NCBI GenBank assembly: GCA_026025795.1
Contig: JAPEUG010000005.1
Span: 1-64,000, forward strand
DNA: 64,000 nt
Source: Thelocarpon superellum
Lineage: Eukaryota
Direction: 5' to 3'
In this document: positions 57,737 through 64,000 of the stretch, piece by piece
Layout: each line of letters starts with the position of its first letter
Position numbering within the stretch: the stretch's first letter is position 1
The notes under the pieces: generated by a model
Told to the model about the DNA's origin: nothing
Seen by the model: only the letters and a program-made list of their open reading frames with translations
Database searches by the model: none
Translations under genes and position numbers: made by a program

Positions 57737-60049
57737 ATGGACCGGCCGCCGTCTCAACCGGGCCGACCGCCATCGGCGCCTCCGAACAGCTTCATGCTCG
57801 GGAGTTCGCCGTCATATCAACACTCGGCGAACCTCGACAGCGCGAGTGGATCGTTGGATCCCTCCGTCATGAACGAGCAGTCGTCGCTGAACGCACCTGA
57901 CGGCGAGACGTCCGCTTCCGATCAGTCCCAATACCACATCTCCAACCAATACCTCGGCCCTACGTCGCAAGCACCGTCATACCAGCAACACGCCCTATCA
58001 GGCAACGACTTTTCTCCCAGCCAGGGCTCGTCGTCGTTCTACGGGAGGATGACCAGCCACGACGCTTCCCCCCTCCCGCCCCAGATCCATCTGCAACCAG
58101 AAGATCAATACGACACCCAGTTCATGTCGTCGGGGGATTCGCCGGGCAACATGGGCAACATGGGAAACGACTTCCCTCTGTTCCAAGACACCACGGGAGA
58201 GGGCGATCAGTCATTTGAGGCCTTCCTCTTGGACACGTCTCTGGCGGGGAACGGCAATGCGCCACCCAACCAGTCCATCAATCCCGCCGATCTGATGAGC
58301 GACATGTCCGTCCCGAGCACGGACGTGTCGCCCACCAACCTGGGCCAAACGTCGTCGCCCCTCGCGCCCGCGGCCTCGACCGTACCGGACTCGTCGTTCC
58401 GCTCGCAGTCACGCCCGCGGCAAGTCTCGCTCGACCCGGCGGCGGCGGCGTACGGACCGGGTCAAATGCCGGCGGAGTGGTCCCGAATGGTGCAGCGTTC
58501 CTCATTTCAATCTCATCGGCGCGCGCCGTCGGAGCATTCGGATGTCTCATCGTCCGTGGCGCCGTCTCCCTTCCTTGGCAATACCGAGACGTTTGAGACG
58601 ACGGACCACCAGTCACCCTTGCTCACCTCGCAAGCCGACCCGAATCTCTTTCCCGACACGCTGGGAATCGAGCAGTTCACCATCGCCGATCCCAACCAGC
58701 CACAACGCATCAGCCCCATCCCGAGCCCACACCGGTCGCCCAGTCACTCGCCGCAGCGGCAGCGCAGCCCCAGCGTGGGCGCCCGGTACTCGTATGGGCC
58801 GAATCTCGGGGCCGGGTCATTCAACGGCCTCTCGGGGGTGGAGACGTATGACGGCCGTGGGACGGGGTCGATGCCGATGCCGTCGGTCTTGACGCAGCCG
58901 ATCGACGAGGGCAACGCGTTTGGTGGCATGGCCCCGCCCGAGATCAACATCGAGTTCGCTGCGGCGCCGCCCACGTATGAGGCGTCGAAGCCGTTTGATG
59001 ATGGCAATGCCTTGAGCCCACCGGATCGTGGTGAGTGGTGCCGAGGGAGAGGCGTGGCACGAGCGGGAGAACTGACTGGACCAGGTCGTAAAGGTCGCAT
59101 GCGCGCCAAGTCGGATCCCTACGCCGGCAGCGCGCCCATGTCGCGGCCGCTGACGCCTGAACCTCACCCGTCAGGTCTGGCGGCGTCCACCTCCCGGCAC
59201 CGATCGCTGTCGCCCCTCGACATCGTGACCCGACCGGTGGTGTCTGGGGCATCGTCCCCGTCGCAAAAGTCCAGCCGACGGTCCTCGACGTCGTCGGTAC
59301 CCAACCGAGAGTACATCCTCGACCTGGCCGATCCACAACGGCCCGGGGCCAACTCGGCCGACTCGAAACGGATTCAGAAGCACCCGGCCACGTTTCAATG
59401 CAACCTGTGCCCGAAACGGTTCACTCGGGCGTACAACCTCCGCTCTCACCTGCGCACACACACGGACGAACGACCGTTTGTGTGTACGGTGTGCGGCAAG
59501 GCGTTTGCGCGGCAGCACGACCGCAAGCGGCACGAGGGCCTCCACTCGGGAGAGAAGAAGTTTGTGTGCAAGGGCGAGCTGAAGGCCGGGAACAGCTGGG
59601 GCTGCGGCCGACGCTTCGCCCGGGCGGACGCGTTGGGGCGGCATTTCCGGAGCGAGGCGGGGCGGATCTGCATTCGACCGCTGCTGGAGGAGGAGGCGCA
59701 GGAGCGGCAACGGACGTGGAACGAGATGCAGATGATGGCGCAAGCGCCGGGGCAAGCGCAAGCACCTCCGATGGAGTTTGGCGCCATGGACGCCAATGGC
59801 CACTACGCGCTGCCCCAGGCGCTGCTCGCCCAGTACCCGGCGTTGGCCACCTTATCCTGGGACACTATGGGACCGGCGGGGCCCGACGACGAGGACGTCA
59901 GCGGGCGCAGCAACTACGATGCCAGCAGCGGCGGCGAATACTACGACGACGAGGGTGACAACAGCGGATACGTCAGCGGGCCGGGCGCGGGCTATTCATC
60001 GGGCACGGTGGGCGGCGTGGGCGGCAATGGATGGGATGGCATGGCGTGA
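57737..60049 (+). CDS. CRZ1: Calcineurin-responsive C2H2 zinc-finger transcription factor Crz1/CrzA; probable intron 59031-59084
   Basis: [14 protein letters not shown] serine-rich region, PEINIE calcineurin-docking (PxIxIT-like) motif, and zinc fingers [79 protein letters not shown]. Confidence 0.96.
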   Translation: MDRPPSQPGRPPSAPPNSFMLGSSPSYQHSANLDSASGSLDPSVMNEQSSLNAPDGETSASDQSQYHISNQYLGPTSQAPSYQQHALSGNDFSPSQGSSSFYGRMTSHDASPLPPQIHLQPEDQYDTQFMSSGDSPGNMGNMGNDFPLFQDTTGEGDQSFEAFLLDTSLAGNGNAPPNQSINPADLMSDMSVPSTDVSPTNLGQTSSPLAPAASTVPDSSFRSQSRPRQVSLDPAAAAYGPGQMPAEWSRMVQRSSFQSHRRAPSEHSDVSSSVAPSPFLGNTETFETTDHQSPLLTSQADPNLFPDTLGIEQFTIADPNQPQRISPIPSPHRSPSHSPQRQRSPSVGARYSYGPNLGAGSFNGLSGVETYDGRGTGSMPMPSVLTQPIDEGNAFGGMAPPEINIEFAAAPPTYEASKPFDDGNALSPPDRGEWCRGRGVARAGELTGPGRKGRMRAKSDPYAGSAPMSRPLTPEPHPSGLAASTSRHRSLSPLDIVTRPVVSGASSPSQKSSRRSSTSSVPNREYILDLADPQRPGANSADSKRIQKHPATFQCNLCPKRFTRAYNLRSHLRTHTDERPFVCTVCGKAFARQHDRKRHEGLHSGEKKFVCKGELKAGNSWGCGRRFARADALGRHFRSEAGRICIRPLLEEEAQERQRTWNEMQMMAQAPGQAQAPPMEFGAMDANGHYALPQALLAQYPALATLSWDTMGPAGPDDEDVSGRSNYDASSGGEYYDDEGDNSGYVSGPGAGYSSGTVGGVGGNGWDGMA

Positions 60050-61125
60050 CGATGAAGACGACGATGGGGAACGGGATGGCCGGCCTCGTATCTCACGGAT
60101 GACCACGACATGGAACTAGATTAGGGTCGATGAGGCGCGTAGAGGTGTTGATTGACCTCTCTTGATGTGTGTGAGAATGAGTTGGGAAGGGAGAGGAGCC
60201 GCGATCGATCCCAACTCACGTCTGTTCTTGAAAGAAGGGACGGACGATGAGTAAATCTTAGGCCTGAGCGTTGAGATAATTGGCTTTTGAGCCAGCAAGA
60301 GAGCGAGCGAGCGAGCGGATCAGCCGCCAAGTTGAACCAGTGAAGCAGAACGAATACCATTACTTCCGAAGAGCGTGTCAGGGTACATGAGTGCAGGAGA
60401 AGAAAGCTTGACCGTAGTCGTACGCGCCACGATGTATCGTCGCAGGTGTCGGATTCCGGCTCAGCTTGGACGCCGATCTCTGAAACATGCTCATAGCACC
60501 TCAAGAGAAGGGAGGGGGTTTCCTGGGGAAGCGTGGCAGGAAGGAGGTAGGACAAGCGGTCGCTAAGTCTCTCTCTCTTTCTCCTGTGAAACGCGGGTGG
60601 ATTGGCCTGCTTATCTCATCTTCTGTAACCGGCAATACATCATGGAGGATGTATTGAGGATGAGGCTCCGGCATGACACGCGTGGCGTTCTGACCTATCC
60701 TGCAATTACTCCCGTACCAAAGAAAGCACGCGAGGAAACGTGAGGGAGGGAGTAGTGGCATGTTCGGGTCAGAAGACGGTACGAGTACGGTAGAGTGGCG
60801 GTGGGGAGTGATGTGCGGGGGAGCTGGCGGGACGCCATAGGCAGAGACATGTCCAAATCATGTGGGGCATGTTGCAAGACACACCATGCCTACGTTGCCA
60901 CACTGTCTTACGATAGACAGGTGACCTAAGTTGCGATTCGCCGTGCTGTGCTTACCCATCCGTCTACGTGCTACTGTAACGGTCGATCACGCATGTTTCA
61001 AAGTAGCCTCCCTGGCTTACAACTACGGACGGTACCCGTGTTCATCTACCATACTCTTGCAGCGCCTTTCCAAGCAGCTACCAAGGTTTCCATACCGGAG
61101 TTCGTACCGGAGGGGCGTCACGGCA

Positions 61126-61133
61126 TATAAATA
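61126..61133 (+). promoter_or_regulatory. TATA box of ATX1
   Basis: TATAAATA followed by a CT-rich stretch, ~270 bp upstream of the ATG. Confidence 0.55.
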
Positions 61134-61399
61134 TCTCTCTTCACCGCCCTCGTCCTCCACCACCGCACCCCATCCCCCCCATCATCTTCCCACAGGACAA
61201 GTACCTACATCGCTAACCGCTGCGCACTCACTCATTCACTCACTCACTTGCTCGATCCACAAACGCCCCGTACGAGCGTCATCTCGGTCATATACTCATC
61301 TACCCACGCACGACGTGAGTGTCGTCTTCTCAGTCTCGGCCTCGTCTTACTCAACCACGGCCACATCCATTCCCTCCCGAAGATCGACGGTGTCGCACA

Positions 61400-61865
61400 A
61401 TGGCAGACCACCACTATAAATTCAACGTCGCCATGTCCTGTGGAGGATGCTCGGGGGCGGTTGAGCGGGTGTTGAAGAAATTGGAGGGTACGTGCACGCC
61501 TCATCCTCTCTCTCACTCTCACTCTCCCTCTCCCTCCCCCTCCCACGCCTCATCCTCTCTCTCACTCTCCCTCCCCCTCTCCCTCTCTTTCCCCCGCTCC
61601 TCGCTTCTCTACGTCTCCATTCAACATTCCTACCCCCCTTTGCCCCTCCCTTTCCCTTTCCTACTGGAGATAGTCAAGACGCACACACTAACGGATACGA
61701 ATCATCCTAGGCGTTCGATCGTACGACGTATCGCTAGATACGCAAACGGCCAACGTAATCGCAGCCGACACACTGGATTACACGACGGTGTTGAATACAA
61801 TCAAGAAGACAGGCAAGACGGTGAAATCGGGCGAGGCTGATGGCGAGGTCATGAGTATTGACTAG
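61400..61865 (+). CDS. ATX1: Copper chaperone Atx1 (HMA domain), 80 aa; exons 61400-61487, 61711-61865
   Basis: MADHHYKFNVAMSCGGCSGAVERVLKKLE|GVRSYDVSLDTQTANV..IKKTGK; MxCxxC and KTGK motifs; intron GTACGT..CTAAC..TAG. Confidence 0.96.
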
Positions 61866-62039
61866 GGTTGGGGGGTCCAGAGGAAAGGGTGGGTGTTGGG
61901 GTTGGATTGCGCATGCAACCACGAGCTGTACATGGTGGTCGGGGACGTTCTACGAGAGATGAGATGAGACGAGACGAAGATGACAAGTCAATCTACTCTA
62001 TTAGCCTCTATCAAGGATTGTTCGTTTCCCCCCTCCCCC

Positions 62040-64000
62040 CTACTCCTCACTCTCCTCTTCCTCTTCATCTTCCTCCTCGCTTCGCTCCGCAATCACCACC
62101 TCCTCTGCCCCATCCCCGACCTCATCCTCATCCTCATCATGCTCCTCAGCCAAGTCTGCGGGTTCAGGAGGAGCAGCACGGACCCCCAACCAAGGAAAGG
62201 CCCGAGCCAAGAGGGCCTGAAAGGACGATTCGAGCTGTACGCGCGCGTGTCCCCGGGCTGCACGTTCGGCGGCGAGTCGCTCTTCTTCTTCTGGGTCCAA
62301 TCTGGCCTCGGGTGCTTCTGCGTCGCGGGTCGCTTCGTCGAAGACGGAGGGGCCCCTTCCACCCCCTCGGACTTCGCGCTCGTTGAAGTCACCCCAGTTG
62401 GTTGCAGCCTCGTCGGAATCATCCTCGTCGGATCTGTTCCCGCCCTGTCCGCGTCCAAATGCAAGTCCAAGCCGTTGCGTGGCGTTGGTCGCGACCGGAG
62501 AGGCGCTGTAGGACGGGATGGAGTCGGAGGGCGGAAGGGGATCAGATGCGAAATTGACCTGGTCCGTCAAGGCGCGCGGGAGGAGCTGGATGATGGTTGG
62601 GTCGTCGGTGAGGAGGGCCTGGCGCGCTTCGAAGACCAGGATGGCCGAGGGCTCTCGGACCGGCGCCGGCGTGAGCACCGTCTCCGAGATCCCCGCCACC
62701 TCCATCAGCAGCGCCGTGGCCTCGGGCGGCGTCCAGAGGTCCTTGGCGCTGCGCACGTACATGGCTGCGAAGAGCTGTTCGTTCTCCGTCCGCGGCTCGC
62801 AGCCCCATACCGACGGCGGGATGCGCGTGATGTTCAGCGCACGGAACAGCTGCACGAAGATCCACGGCGCGGCGGTCAGCGCGTTGAAGAGCGTGCGCCG
62901 GCTAGTGTCGTGGTTCTCGAGCTGCTGGTGCGCGAGCGCCAGGGAGATGTTGACGCTGGCCGCGGCAATGGCGGGCGAGTCGCGATATAGTCGGCTCTGC
63001 GCGAGCTCTTGTACTTGCCGCGGCCGTCGTGCCCGCAGCGCCATCTGGTCGATGACGAGCCGCAGGCAATAGGGGTCGTGGATCGGGTCCAGGCTTAGCA
63101 GCAGCTTCGTCCACTCAAACGCCGTTCGCCATGTCCCACGTTGCCCGAGATTGCCCACATATCTCCATCCCGCCAGCCAGAACTCGCGGTTCTCCGGCCG
63201 TCGGAAATCCAGGCCCGCCTTGCCTTGCGAAAGTTTCGATGCGAAGCTCGAGTGCACGGCGCGCCCGAAGGAGAAGAGGGCTCGCTCGAGCAGATCGCCC
63301 GAGGTCGAGTAGTCCTGTTCTTGCTTGGCGATCTCGGACACTTGTAGCAGCGTGGAGATGTGGTATGCTTCAGGGCGTCAGCGTACCAGCGCGGGCGTGC
63401 CTGCGTGAACGGGTTGGCTCACGGTTGAACTGAAGTAACTGGACCATCCTCTCCGGATCCAACGACTCCACACAGACCTCAAACTGTCGCTGTACATCTT
63501 GGTACGCGGAGTTGTGCACGAAGCGGTATTCGGTGTATCCGTCGTCTTCTTTGGCCACCACCTCCATTCCCAATCCACCCCCGGTCCCTCGAGGCCATTC
63601 CTCCTTGCCGGCGATGAAGATGTTTCGCCGTAAGCCTAGTCCTGCAAGACCCCGACCCCCAGCCAGGTGCTGTCCACCCACCGCACCCGCCAGGCCGGTC
63701 TGCTGGCCGCCTCTCCCCCGTCGTCGCCCCACGGGAGCACCACCTCCCCCGTTGCCATCTGACTCCAGCGCAGCTCGCCCAAACAAGCGGCGCATCTCAT
63801 TGGCCACGTTGAGGTGCTGTGCCTCCACGGCCAGGAGAGCGGACAGTTTTTCCAGCTCCGGGTCCAGGGGAGTGATCTCCACGCCTTGTTCGGATGGTTT
63901 GGTGCTTTTCGTCCGAAGGGACCGTAGAGCCAGGTCGATGTCGTCGAGCTGTGAGCCGGACTTGATGGACGTCGTCTCTGATATCCGCCCATGACCAGTT
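62040..64000 (-). CDS. RQC1: Ribosome quality control protein Rqc1/TCF25 (5' part outside the window); intron 63422-63368
   Basis: LNVANEMRRLFG, YRFVHNSAYQDVQRQF, FN|PYHISTLLQVSE, DLLERALFSFGR, LDFRRPENREFWLA and RGTWRTAFEWTKLLLSLDP..DPY; acidic C-terminal tail. Confidence 0.92.

Noticed and set aside
1..64000. CRISPR arrays, rRNA, telomerase RNA template, TPP riboswitch, intact transposons, secondary-metabolite cluster
   Set aside because: No diagnostic repeats, motifs or backbone genes were seen on manual reading.

Overview
GC-rich eukaryotic DNA from a filamentous ascomycete (Pezizomycotina, inferred from short GT..CTRAC..AG introns and protein orthology). The window holds about 17 protein-coding genes. 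In order: SH3-RasGEF, sedolisin/tripeptidyl peptidase, a Ser-rich uncharacterised protein, MLH3, RNR1, lipoate-protein ligase, chorismate synthase ARO2, an Ssp1/Sak1-type kinase, a three-exon PMP3-family proteolipid missed by the ORF track, a kelch-repeat membrane protein, COX18, ALG11, CRZ1, ATX1 and a partial RQC1, plus two intronless orphan ORFs flanking the ligase/ARO2 pair. The main accessory features are a multiply frameshifted ~3 kb pseudogene of a large secreted/membrane protein (12-15 kb), a candidate structured RNA with an Sm-like site (591-804), a group of ~70-aa microprotein ORFs (42-47 kb) and a possible LINE remnant (55 kb). No tRNA, rRNA, CRISPR or intact mobile element was recognised. 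I cannot demonstrate a new biological system from the sequence alone, so the findings are leads. All calls were made by eye, without database searches.
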